The notes below the pieces were generated by a model. The model was not told the DNA's origin, did no database searches, and saw nothing but the letters and a program-made list of their open reading frames with translations. From Octopus sinensis (lineage: Eukaryota): a DNA stretch of 64,000 bases. The DNA lies in assembly GCF_006345805.1 (NCBI RefSeq), contig NC_043000.1, positions 141,298,001 to 141,362,000 on the forward strand, written 5' to 3'. This document shows, piece after piece, positions 39,696 through 51,466 of the stretch. Within the stretch, counting starts at the first letter, position 1; every line of letters begins with the position of its first letter. The position numbers and the translations under genes were made by a program.

Positions 39696-39776
39696 CATTC
39701 TACACGTGTTTCGAAAGGCACAAATTACCAAAATCCGATTGAATAATGGGACCATATTGTGTTTCTCTTCAGGAAG
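39696..39776 (-). ncRNA. Minimal type I hammerhead ribozyme with intact core
   Basis: Minus strand: CTTC-CTGAAGA-GAAACACAA...TTGTG(CC)TTTC-GAAA-CACGTGT-A-GAAT. G10.1-C11.1 paired, bulged 9-bp stem II, palindromic stem III ACACGTGT, GUA cleavage triplet, short stem I. Confidence 0.65.
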
Positions 39777-39903
39777 AAAAAAGGAAATCCGTTGGAAAAA
39801 CAAAAACAGAACAGAGGCGGAGCAAAAAACAAATCGAACTGTGCTCCTAAGAGCCCATGGCGAAACTGTTTATCAGTGTATGTTGAGAACCGGTGGCTGA
39901 AGA

Positions 39904-39934
<31 letters not shown>

Positions 39935-40178
39935 TAATCCACACATGAAAGCACAAAAAAACACAACGCGAGGATGTGGAACAAATATAGTATTATTGGA
40001 CGCTCATATATCAAGATTAATCAGCCGGAATTGCGAGGATGATCTGGTTCTTGACTGAGCATAGAAAGCTTCGAATGACCCGTCCTTGTTTTATTGTATC
40101 GTCTATCTGGATGTTTTGTTGTCCCTTTCTATATCACCTAGTCGTCCGGTTGTTTTGCGTTCTTGTCCCATTTTGTAT

Positions 40179-40212
<34 letters not shown>

Positions 40213-40258
40213 CACACACATATCTATACGTGCCTACATACATACATACATACATACA

Positions 40259-40289
<31 letters not shown>

Positions 40290-40967
40290 GTACGTATGTC
40301 TGAATATGCTTGACAGCTTCAGCACAGACTATAATATACGCTATTCCTTTTCAATTTATGAAGAAGGATTGAATATCTTAAGTACATGGACATGCTGATC
40401 ACATTTCGTTGTGTTTACGAATGTATCTCCTTATATACAACTGCACCATTCCCCATTTTAATTGTTTGAATAAACAGTACAAGAAACACAGTTATGATTC
40501 GAAAACTTTTCATTTCTAATAAAACATAAGCACCCTACTTCAAATCCTGTGTACTCTCTTCTCCGTTTGTAGACATAGATGTTCAGCACGTCATACATAT
40601 GATTATTTTTTACATATGTATGTATATATGTATTCAGATATATAAATATATGCATAATAACCAACAGAAGGAGAGCAGGAGGGAGAGATACTGTGTAAGA
40701 GATAGTCTTGAAGAGATTGAATGAGCAAGAGCGGTAAAATTAATAGAATTCTGTTTCATATCTCAAGATATTCTGTGGTTGGAATTTAGAGTGGTAGCGA
40801 AGCATAAACTATTCATTTCAATTATACATACTATGATACACATACAGATACACTAATACATCAATATGCATGTGCATGATTAATTCACAGATCTCAGTAC
40901 ATAGATATGTATCACTCTTGATACTTGCATGCATTTATGCCTCCTTATATGTATATATGTATATATA

Positions 40968-41024
<57 letters not shown>

Positions 41025-41150
41025 TATATATAATATATATATATATAGGTTTACATATTCATATACATATGTATGTGTGTGTGTGTGAGTTTGTATATTT
41101 ATGTAAACAGTGATAATAATAATAATAATAATAATATAATAATAATAATA

Positions 41151-41204
<54 letters not shown>

Positions 41205-41521
41205 TGATGATGATAAAGTTTATATATATATTCTACTAGCTTACACTCACACAAATATACAGACTTACAAACACACACACGAACACACAGAGACATATTT
41301 GCATATGCATACATACGTAAGTATACATGTATCTGCTTGTATGCACATCTTCGAATGAGTGCTTAAATTATCTACGTCTATCTATCTCTTTACACACAGA
41401 CACACACACACATATACATATATACACATACACACATAAATACACATGCACACACTCACATGTTAGCATGTGTATATATAAATATATGTATGTATAAATA
41501 TGTATGTATATATATATATTT

Positions 41522-41632
41522 ATGTATGAGCGTAGATATATTTATGTATGTATATATATTCATGTATGAGCGTAGATATATTTATGTATGTATATATATA
41601 TTCATGTATGAGCGTAGATATATTTATGTATG

Positions 41633-41640
<8 letters not shown>
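41522..41640. repeat. Minisatellite, 3 copies of about 40-42 bp
   Basis: ATGTATGAGCGTAGATATATTTATGTATG(TA)nTTC at 41522, 41562 and 41604. Confidence 0.9.
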
Positions 41641-41664
<24 letters not shown>

Positions 41665-42451
41665 GAAGCACAGACTTGTGTATTCACAGCTGTGTAGGTG
41701 TATATTAAATATATGTATTACCTCAAGCAGACACACATATATTTCAATGCATAAATATATATTTAAGTATACATGCATGCTTACACAAATCAACATTACC
41801 TACACTGGTGTGTATCTAACTCTATATTGCACACGCCATACTGACAAGATTAGTGAACATCATGTTTTTAAAAAAAAATCACATGACAGTAATGCAATGT
41901 TCCTATTGGTTGAGATGTACCAGCATTTGTTGTTGAACAGCATGAGCACAATTGTAGAATTTGATTGATTATATGCTTGCCAGCTCCTATTACATCCTTT
42001 ATGATTGCTGTTGTTATAGCTTAGAGCCGGTAGTACATATATTTATAAGCACTGGTGCACACTATATTTCACATTTTCATATGTGCCAATGCATCTTCAT
42101 TGTTTTAAGCATGCTTTGACATTATCTGAGAAAAGTTTTGTCTCGGTTTCTCTCTCTTAATTGAGAGATACTACAAGATATATAAAGAGCATTCGGTTAG
42201 AGCTATATGCATGTTTATCTCTCTAGTGAGCCACTACACACTTTCTGTGTCTTCCTTTTAAAATACCTACCTGCCTGCCTACCTACCTACGTACCTACCT
42301 ACATACCTACATACCTACCTACCTACCTACCTACCTGTCTGACTGTCTGTCTGTCTGTCTGTCTGTATGCTTGTCTGTCTGTGTATCTATCTATGTGTGT
42401 GTGCGCGTATGTATATATGCATAAACACACATATATATTTACATAGATGTA

Positions 42452-42488
<37 letters not shown>

Positions 42489-42728
42489 GTGTGTGTGTGT
42501 GTGTGCGTGTGTGTGTGTGTGTGTGCTTGTATACATACCCATAAAGAGGAAAAGAAGGAGAATGTGTTTAAAACTATAATGCCTACGCATCTCTTTAGAG
42601 TATAACGTAAGTTATCTTCCCCAATAAAGCACTCAAAAGTACTCTCTATTGCCTTTCTTAGTTACTACTAGCTGACCTGACCCTGTTGCATCAAAGATGA
42701 CGGCTAATTGTAGTATTTTATATATAAA

Positions 42729-42977
42729 TGTTCCTTTTCGAGCCATGCCAGGCTCATAAGGACCGGTTTCTCGGTTTCAGTGGCGTAGAAATTCCCCACC
42801 TGGACGGGACGCCGGTCCGTCGCAGGATTATTCATTTTTGCCAGCTGAGTGGACTGAAGCAACGTGAAAATGAAGTGTTTTGCTCAAGAACACAACATAA
42901 CACTCGGTCCTGGAATCGAAAACACAACCTTGCAATCATGAGTTCAACACCCTAACCACTAAGCCATGCGCCTCCAC
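42729..42977 (-). mobile_element. tRNA-derived SINE, family C, with 13-bp TSD
   Basis: Head GTGGAGGCGCATGGCTTAGTGG...TTCGATTCC; TSD ATTTTATATATAA at 42715-42727 and 42978-42990. Confidence 0.92.
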
Positions 42978-44102
42978 ATTTTATATATAAGAAAGATATA
43001 GAATAAGGCATATAATATTCACAGATACAAACATTCACATACTTCGCATACTTTATTTGTACATGCATAATCATACACACATATACTCAGAGTTGAAATG
43101 CTGTTTGATTTTACTTTTCAACATTGAACGTTCCCCATCCCATTTCCATTGCACACACAGACACACATGCACGCACGCACACACACATTCACATACCTCC
43201 TTTTACATACACACACATATACTCATACAGAGTTTGAAACATTGATTTTTTTTCACCACCTCCTTCCTTATTCATCTATCACCCCTTCCTTTCTCCATTG
43301 TTATTACTTTCCCTCACTCTCTCTCACTCTGGGCTATCACTTTCACTACTTCTCCTTCACTGAATAACTATTTCCTCTCCTCTCTCTTCACTTATACTAC
43401 TTTTTCTCCTACTCCGTCCTACTCCTACTCTGTGATTTTGGACATATATATATAAACACTACACTCATTATTAATTAGGAGATTACAGTATATAAGTGCT
43501 TGCTACATTTCGTTGCTCTTGTATTATACTAGCCACATGATATCGACACTGTTTGGTTAAGTTACCAACTAGTTTTTCTGTAACAATGATTGATGTGGTG
43601 AATACACACCAAAACATTTAAACACCATACAAGATAACTTGAGATTAATCTAATATAATAAATGCGAAAACTAATTTCGGTCTATAAGTGTGTCACACTT
43701 TGTCGCCCTCTCTCACTATTGAATGATACTTCTACTATTTCTCATGCTGGGGTGAGAGTAATGGTAGGTATAGAGATGGTGAGGGCAGTAGCGAAGACAG
43801 AGAGAGAGAAAGAGAGAGAGAGGAAAAGAGAGAGAGAGAGAGAGAAAGAGTGGGTATGTGAGAGAAAAAGGGAGATGATGTACAGCTTTGTTTAACCATG
43901 TCTCTTTGACAGAAGTTCCTGTGGCCAACATACTGAACGCTGAACCAACATACTGAACTGACACTCTGAACACTGATTTCTTTTACACACACATTTAGCC
44001 TTTTGCTTTTATCATTTCTAGTTTATATTTTGCTTTCGTTAATACATATGCATGTATATATGTATGTATGCATGTATGTATGTAGGTATGTATGTATGTA
44101 TA

Positions 44103-44166
<64 letters not shown>

Positions 44167-44386
44167 ATTGAGGTTATGAGAGGTAATGGTGTCAAGAAGA
44201 CCAAAGGTGTCAGGTAAGGCTGAGCAAGTGCTATGGACAGACTATAGTTAGGTCCCAGGTTCGGTGATTATGCGAATGAGGAGTCCAGCGTAGGCCATAT
44301 ATCAGCATGCGTATATATAGAAAAATTAGCAGAATGAGATAAAAATCCAAGGGTGTGAAAGATTTCAGAACATTTATAAATAGATG

Positions 44387-44434
44387 GTCTAACAGATGTT
44401 TCTGAGATATTTTATATATCCTTTCATCGGAGAC
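44387..44434 (-). ncRNA. Minimal hammerhead-like motif
   Basis: Minus strand: GTCT-CCGATGA-AA-GGATAT-ATAAA-ATATCT-CA-GAAA-CATCTGT-T-AGAC; 4-bp stem I and 6-bp stem II; U4-to-C change in the core. Confidence 0.5.
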
Positions 44435-44666
44435 AGTATGAGAAGATGGTTAAGCAATAGTTATTCTAGATAGGATATGAAATACAGAGTGAAGTGGAGG
44501 AATAAAATAGACGTGAGATATGCAGGGATATTGTTTCTGCAGTTCCATTATTTAGGCAGGGTGGTATATATATATATATAAGATTCCTGTATTCTGTGAG
44601 TAAGTTCCAATAGTACTCACATGGTATATATATGAATATATAAATATATATATATATATGTATATA

Positions 44667-44719
<53 letters not shown>

Positions 44720-44756
44720 GTGTAGGTATGCATATATCTGCCTAACTATATATATA

Positions 44757-45139
44757 TCTCTCTCTATATATAAACGGCAGTTTGTCTGTGCGTGTTTCTG
44801 TGTGTCTGTTTGCTTGTACCCTCACCCTGACCACGGCTTTCAACCGATTCTGATGAAACTTGACACACACATAGCCCAATGTCATAATTCAAAACTAACG
44901 CAGCGAAAATTTTGAAAAGTTCCCCCAGTTCTGAAAAAAATCGATAAATTCGACATGGGGTCGACAATGAGAAACGCAAACCACAAACTGTCTAGGGGAC
45001 GCAACTCCACCTTTTTTAAATCTCAAAAAAAAATTACCATACTTTTTCCATTTTTTTGCTATTTTTGGCTATAACTCTCTAAAAATGCTTTATAGTTATT
45101 TCCCTTACAAACCTGAGCAACGCCGGGCGATACTGCTAG
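44757..45139 (+). mobile_element. Non-autonomous Helitron, complete
   Basis: A|TC 5' end; subterminal CCTGAGCAACGCCGGG; CTAG|T 3' end at 45136-45140. Confidence 0.9.
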
Positions 45140-45933
45140 TATATATATATATATATGTATGTGTGTAGGTATGCATATATCTGCCTAACTATATATATAT
45201 ATATTAATAAATAAAATGAAACATATGTATATATATAAACATATATGTACGTACCTACCTCTACGTGTACATATACACGCATATATGAGTACAGGACACC
45301 AAAAAAGACGTCGAACACAATGAGAAACGAAAACATAGACACAAACCAAAGGAACTGGACATTTATTTAAAAACAGCAAAAAAATAGAATACAGGACAAT
45401 TAACACAAGGAAAAACCCATTCTTCAGTCGCTAAAGCTTTCATCTACTCTACGTTTCGAAGGATAAAAGCGAGACGTATCTTCGACATATATATATATAT
45501 GTATGTGTGTCTGTATATGTGTGCATATATTTGTATCTTTTCCTGTGTGAATATCACTTATATACATATATGTGAAATAAATAAATAAATAAATAAATAA
45601 AATAAATGATAAATGATAATAGAGACATGAATCTAAGTGCATCGCCATATGTATGGAGTAAAATATAGCTACAAACATACAATACACGTATAGAAACCCA
45701 TACAGATACAGAATATCTGTATGAGTCTATATACATTTATTGTATGTATGTATGTATGTATGTATGTATGTATGTATGTATGTATGTATGTATGTATGTA
45801 TGTATGTATGTATGCATGCATGTGTGTGTGTGTATGTATATATATTTGGTGCCATAGAGATGGCGATGCACATAGAATCATGCTTTCATTAGTATTTACT
45901 TATTTATTTCGTATATATTTATACAACTATATA

Positions 45934-46509
45934 TTAGGGTGTGCAAATCTATGTTTATTTTTGTATATATCTATGTGACTATATGTACGAGCGTCTTTCG
46001 ATCTCCCTCTCCCCCTCTCTCTCTATATATATATATATTGTTGCAACTATTCTTCAAAATAAAAACTATCATTTTCCACGACCTTCTGCCAACGATCTGC
46101 AAGCTTTCGGATTTGGTCAAAGTACCAATACTTCGGCTGTGAATCGAAAAATTCTTGACAGACCTCTTCAGCTTCATCGAATCACTCAAATCGGTGACCT
46201 TTCATAAAGAGCCGCATTGATCGGAAGAGAACGTAGTCAGATGGAGCGACGTCTGGACTATAGGCTGGATGTGGCAGAACTTCCACACTATCCAATTCTT
46301 CTATCTTTTTGCTGATCTTTCTGGCGGTATGCGGCTTTGCATTGTCTTGTTGAAACAAAGCGCATTTTCAACGAACAAGTCTTGGGTACTTTTCAACAGT
46401 GAGTCACCATTGAACATGACACGAACTGAACGAACACACACACACCACAATAATACATTTAAAAAAAGCATTATTTTAACATGGTGCATAAGCTTTTTCC
46501 TCAGCCTAA
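45934..46509 (-). mobile_element. Internally deleted mariner (C-terminal half only)
   Basis: Minus strand ALFQQDNAKPHTARKISKKIEELDSVEVLPHPAYSPDVAPSDYVLFRSM...RKLADRWQKVVENDSFYFEE*; TA|TTAGG-type ends on both sides. Confidence 0.85.
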
Positions 46510-46540
46510 TATTATATAGTAATATAAAAAAAAACATATA

Positions 46541-47044
46541 CCGTAAATCCTCGAGTATAGGCCGCCCTTGAGTATAATAATCAGGGAATTTTGGGGGAGC
46601 TGTACCTCTGAAAAACCTAAACCTTGTGTATAATATGCACCTCTTCTCTAACTTGAGTCAAGGAAGTCTATATAACGTCCTTGAGTTGTAAAAATCTAAC
46701 GTCCTTTATTATTATTGTATATATAACATAATGCAAACGTGTAGCTTTTTTGTGCATTTTGTTTGCAGAAAATAAACAAATAGCAGTAATAACGTTTAAT
46801 AAATGTTGCTTACTGCGAATTATGGATGATTCTTTTATGACTTCATTGCTTTCAGGCTTAGATTAAGGTATTTTCGCCCCCGACATCACAAAATGCGTCT
46901 GAATAAACATTGCCGGACAGCAAATAGCGACTCGGACTTTGCTTAGAAAATATTTTTCATTTTTAACCTCGTATATAATACGCAGTAGGGATTTTGACCT
47001 TTACATTTTGGGAAAAAATGCGGATTATACTCGAGGATTTACGG
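46541..47044. mobile_element. pogo/Tigger-type MITE, 504 bp
   Basis: TA TSD on both sides; perfect 19-bp TIR CCGTAAATCCTCGAGTATA extending imperfectly to about 25 bp. Confidence 0.88.
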
Positions 47045-47519
47045 TAGTAATATATTTTCTCCGAACTATTTTGTTTCACTGCTGTGTAATAATGAACGAA
47101 ACTTTGGGGCCTTTAATACTAATTCAGTTTCTGTTGATCTATTGCCATATTTTCGGTTCATTGAGAAAGGAATTTTCCTGCTATGTCTGACTATAACATT
47201 CTTCAGCATTTGTCTTGGAAATTTTCTGCTTGACATAGTAACCGTTCTTTTGATCTATCTGAATTGTATATGACACTTTCTGATTCATGTTGAAATTCTT
47301 GGCATCAAATTGAGAGCTTATTCATCTTAGTAACTTTGATAATCCATCTGTATTAATGTTTGCTAGTCTCATATTATTTTATATAGTAGCAGAATAGCAC
47401 ATGTTTCAGAGCCTATCATTAATTCATGTGATGGTAACACAGGAATACTCTTATCAGGCTTTGACACTGCTTTCTAAGCGCAAATTAATTTTGGCAACTC
47501 GGTCATACCCACTTTTGAA

Positions 47520-47932
47520 CTACTCTTTTATTCTTTTACTCTTTTACTTGTTTCAGTCATTTGACTGCGGCCATGCTGGAGCACCGCCTTTAGTCGAGCA
47601 AATCGACCCCAGGACTTATTCTTTGTAAGCCTAGTACTTATTCTATCGGTCTATTTTGCCGAACCACTAAGTTACGGGCACGTAAACACACAACTATCGG
47701 TTGTAAAGCGATGTTGGGGGGACAAACACAAACACATAAATACACACACACACACACATACATATATATATATACGACGGGCTTCTTTCAGTTTCCGTCT
47801 ACCAAATCCACTCACTTGGTCGACCCGAGGCTATAGTAGAAGACACTTGCCCAAGGTGCCACGCAGTGGGACTGAACCCGGAACCATGTGGTTGGTAAGC
47901 AAGCTACTTACTACACAGCCACTCCTGCATCT
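47520..47932 (-). mobile_element. tRNA-derived SINE, family A
   Basis: Homologous to 5205-5610 with a small internal deletion. Confidence 0.92.
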
Positions 47933-48393
47933 GAGAACAATTCATACACAGCTTACATATAATGAGTTGGTTAGCCGGTAACCAACCCATGAGGAATAAG
48001 TTTTCCTTTCTTTCACAATATCTGAAACTTTAACTGAATGTCTTGTAGAATAATTTTCTTCTCCATCATTCAGAGTATGCATCTCCTACTTCCATTAGCA
48101 TAATGTCTAGAGCAGAAACCGGTTGATGTTATACAGTACTTTTTCCTATTTAATCGTCATTCATAGATGGTAAAAGTTGTGAATTACGCTTTTCCAGGAC
48201 TCTATCATAGGATGTGTGATTACTCATTCTGGCTTTAAAGGGATCCTTTGTTCGCCCATCGTATTCCTCTATATGCGCCGTCCCATTGTGTTATCGAGGC
48301 TACTTCTGATTCATAGGGTACACCTTTTTTGTTGTATTAGGCACTCACTGTTAACTTGATATGAGTTTCCTGCCTCTGCTCATAGATTTATAT

Positions 48394-48457
<64 letters not shown>

Positions 48458-48647
48458 GCATATAATAAATATTAGGGAATAAATCCAAATTTACAGGGAA
48501 AAATCAGATTTAGGATTGAATCCAATTTTATAGTAAAATATAATATAATATTAATTAGAGACAAAACCACTATTATGCAAATCAAACAAAGAAAGACTTA
48601 ATCCAATACATAAAAAATTTCATGTAAATTAAATATAATTAAGATAT

Positions 48648-48693
48648 CCACTACCATCGTTTCTTGTCACTTCTATGGACATTCATTAGGTGG
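48648..48693 (-). ncRNA. Minimal hammerhead-like motif, probably inactivated
   Basis: Minus strand: CCAC-CTAATGA-ATGTC-CATAGAAGT-GACAA-GAAA-C-GATG-GT-A-GTGG; stems I, II and III all pair; core G5-to-A and a 10.1-11.1 mismatch. Confidence 0.55.
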
Positions 48694-48789
48694 TTTCAAG
48701 ACCTTCTATGCAATTTTGAACTATGCATATATATATATAATAACAAAGGGTAGAATTAACTAGTAATCAATCATTTCACCAAGTAGAAT

Positions 48790-49251
48790 TTTTACCCTTT
48801 GTTATTATTGATAATATAATTTTCTCCCTGATAATAAACTACAGATTTTTTCTGTAGATTTGCAGGGGAAGGTGATGAACCTCATTCGTATATTTTGAAT
48901 TCGGCGGTACTGGACGTTGAATATGATCTGTCTGATACTGTTAGTTGGAGAGGTATATTCGATTCTTCCAGTGCCTTCGGATTTAATATTGTGAAGTCCC
49001 ATGCTGAAGAAGAAAATGTTTGGGTAAAGTATAAATTCTACATTCTTTATACCAATCTAATTCCGAAACACGTTCATGGGTAATCAGATATCGATTGATT
49101 TTCGTTATTGTTCCTCTCTGTCTGCGTAGATTGTTTTCGAGTACTTTGTTTCTGTCCGGGGGCTTCTTTTTAAAGTAGGAGAAATAGCTAAGGTTCTTTT
49201 GCTGCTATTTCTAAACTTCGGTATGTGGTAAAACAAATCTTTGCTGAACCC

Positions 49252-49255
<4 letters not shown>
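48790..49255 (-). mobile_element. Decayed PLE endonuclease-region relic
   Basis: ORF 48805-49002(-) IRQIIFNVQYRRI...MRFITFPCKS weakly parallels LHRQQIAFPEYRMI...FLIFPFYQC; 49203-49255 is homologous to the unit duplicated at 13862/14229; a hammerhead-like motif lies downstream. Confidence 0.45.
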
Positions 49256-49289
<34 letters not shown>

Positions 49290-49365
49290 TCGCCATGTTG
49301 ATTCGCTAGCTTCTGCACGCATTTTTCTTCTCTCCTTGTTTCTCTCCGTGTTTCTTTTCTGTGTA

Positions 49366-49403
49366 TCTTTATGTTGAAGAGCGTAGGCTCGAAACGTAAA
49401 AGA
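49366..49403 (+). ncRNA. Minimal hammerhead-like motif with degenerate core
   Basis: TCTTT-ATGTTGA-A-GAGC-GTAG-GCTC-GAAA-CGT-A-AAAGA; 5-bp stem I, 4-bp stem II, palindromic ACGT; C3 and A6 altered. Confidence 0.5.
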
Positions 49404-50175
49404 CTTGTTTTATTTATATTCCTGATATATTATCTTTGATAATTTGATCTGCTAGAAGATATGTTATAAATTACAATTCGCTTGACATTGTAATTTGCTT
49501 AACATTTGTACGATATAAGAAAAGCAATGTTGCTTTTGTACATGAGTATTAAAAAGCCTTTCAGTAAAAGATGTTATGGTCTTCATATACAAAAGTTTAC
49601 TTCATACAATGGAAATTTAGCACAAACTTGTGACTGGAATTCATTTCAGCAACGGTCAAAATGCTAAAGGAAAATAAACCGGAATTTTTTCTATAGGAAT
49701 CATGGTAATAAAAGTGTAATATATATTTATTAGTATTTATTAAAATGCTTAATATAGAATTAAGTAATTAATATAGAATTTCTTTTGCACCTATATATAT
49801 ATTTTTTTGGAGTATTCCCCAGCCTGAACATCGTATTGTCCTTTCAATTGTTTTGTATAGAGTGTTGCAGAGTATAAGTGTGATGCCATCATCGCAGAGC
49901 TGTCGTATCCTCACATGTATATATGATATCTTCACCGTGACATTTATTTCCTGTCACTATGCAGATTTACAATTCTTAATCAGTTTTATTTGTCATTAAT
50001 TGTATTTCTGTCTATGCTAAGAATGGAAATTAAGTTTGTACAGTCGGTTGTATGTTTTAATCCGATTAAAGTATTTTATTTTACTGGAGGTATAAAAGTT
50101 TTTCAGTGCACATTGTCTTCCTAAATTTTAATAAGTTTTAACTTTATTGCAAAACAATTTCTCAAAATTTTGATA

Positions 50176-51466
50176 CGAGGGGCGTTCAATAAGTAATGCC
50201 TCTGACCCACTTGCAGTTGTTTGATCTAGCTGAAAATTTACATGTGCAATTATTTATATCTCTATAGATTAGGTGGCAAATTACAGCTCTGAACTAATTG
50301 TGTTTCTGATAGACAGGTGTTTGAACTGAGTCAAGTGTGAAATGGAGCCTGTTGAGTGTCGAGCAGTGATCCGGTTTTTGTATTTGAAAGGACGCACACC
50401 ACGGGAGACTTTTGATGAAATGAAAGTAACTTATGGTGATGATGCCCCATCATATGACCTTGTAAAACGCTGGCATCGTGAATTCAAACATGGTTGGAAC
50501 TCTGTGGAAACAGCTCCCAGATCTGGTCGCCCCCCCTTCTGCCATTCTGAGGCATCTGTCCGTCAAGTTGAGGCTGCCATTTTGGAAGATCGATGCATAA
50601 CTATTCGCCAAATAGCCCATGAGGTCAAGTTTAGTACCGGGTCTGTGGAAACTATCATTCATGACCATTTGCATATGCAAAAGGTGTCTGCCAGATGGAT
50701 TCTCAGGTTGCTCACACCTTTCCAGAGGCAAGAACGTGTTGAGTGCTCGAGGAGGAATTTGGAGATGTGCCAAGAAGATGAGTCAAAATTTTTCAAAAGA
50801 CTGATTACACAGGATGAAACCTGGGTCCATCACTATGATCCAGAGACCAAAGCACAGTCAATGCAGTGGAAGCACCGTGACTCACCTCCTCCAAAGAAGG
50901 CAAGGGTGCAGCCCTCCGCTGGCAAGGTCATGCTCACAGTCTTCTGGGACCAGGACGGAGTAGTGATGACAGATTTCCTGTCAAAGGGTACCACAATTAC
51001 AGGAGCCTATTATGCTTCACTTTTGAGGAAATTAAGAGAAATTATCAAAATCAAGAGGCGGGGTAAGATCAGCAAAGGCATCCTCCTCCTGTAGGACAAC
51101 ACTCCGGTCTACAACTCGCGTGTCGCCAGATCAGAAGCACAGTCGTGCGGCTATGAACTCCTCCCCCATCCCCCTACTCTCCTGATCTTGCACCCTCTGA
51201 TTTTCACCTCTTCCCAGCCATGAAGTTGTTTTTGAAAGGAAAGCGTTTCCCAAATGATGCAGCCTTGATTTCTGAAGTCACGTCGTGGTTGGAGGACCAA
51301 GCTGGGGTCTTCTACAAAAACGGTCTCCAGAGTTGCATCAAACGATGGGAGAAATGTGTAACTCTGAGTGGTTCCTATGTAGAAAAAGACTAATAACTGT
51401 GCCAAGTTTCGTTGCTCTACTGCTATGGGAAGTGGGTCAGGGGCATTACTTATTGAACGCCCCTCG
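50176..51466 (+). mobile_element. Full-length mariner element, 1291 bp
   Basis: TA TSDs; 37-bp TIR CGAGGGGCGTTCAATAAGTAATGCC(T/C)CTGACCCACTT with 1 mismatch. Confidence 0.95.
50342..51393 (+). pseudogene. Mariner D,D34D transposase (about 350 aa) with one nonsense codon and one -1 frameshift
   Basis: HTH, WILRLL (WVPRLL motif), TQDETW; TAG at 51092-51094 in place of the residue before D2 (usually Q or H); 1-nt loss in HPPYSPD; YSPDLAPSDFHLF; ends SYVEKD*. Restoring the frame gives 34 residues between D2 and D3. Confidence 0.93.
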
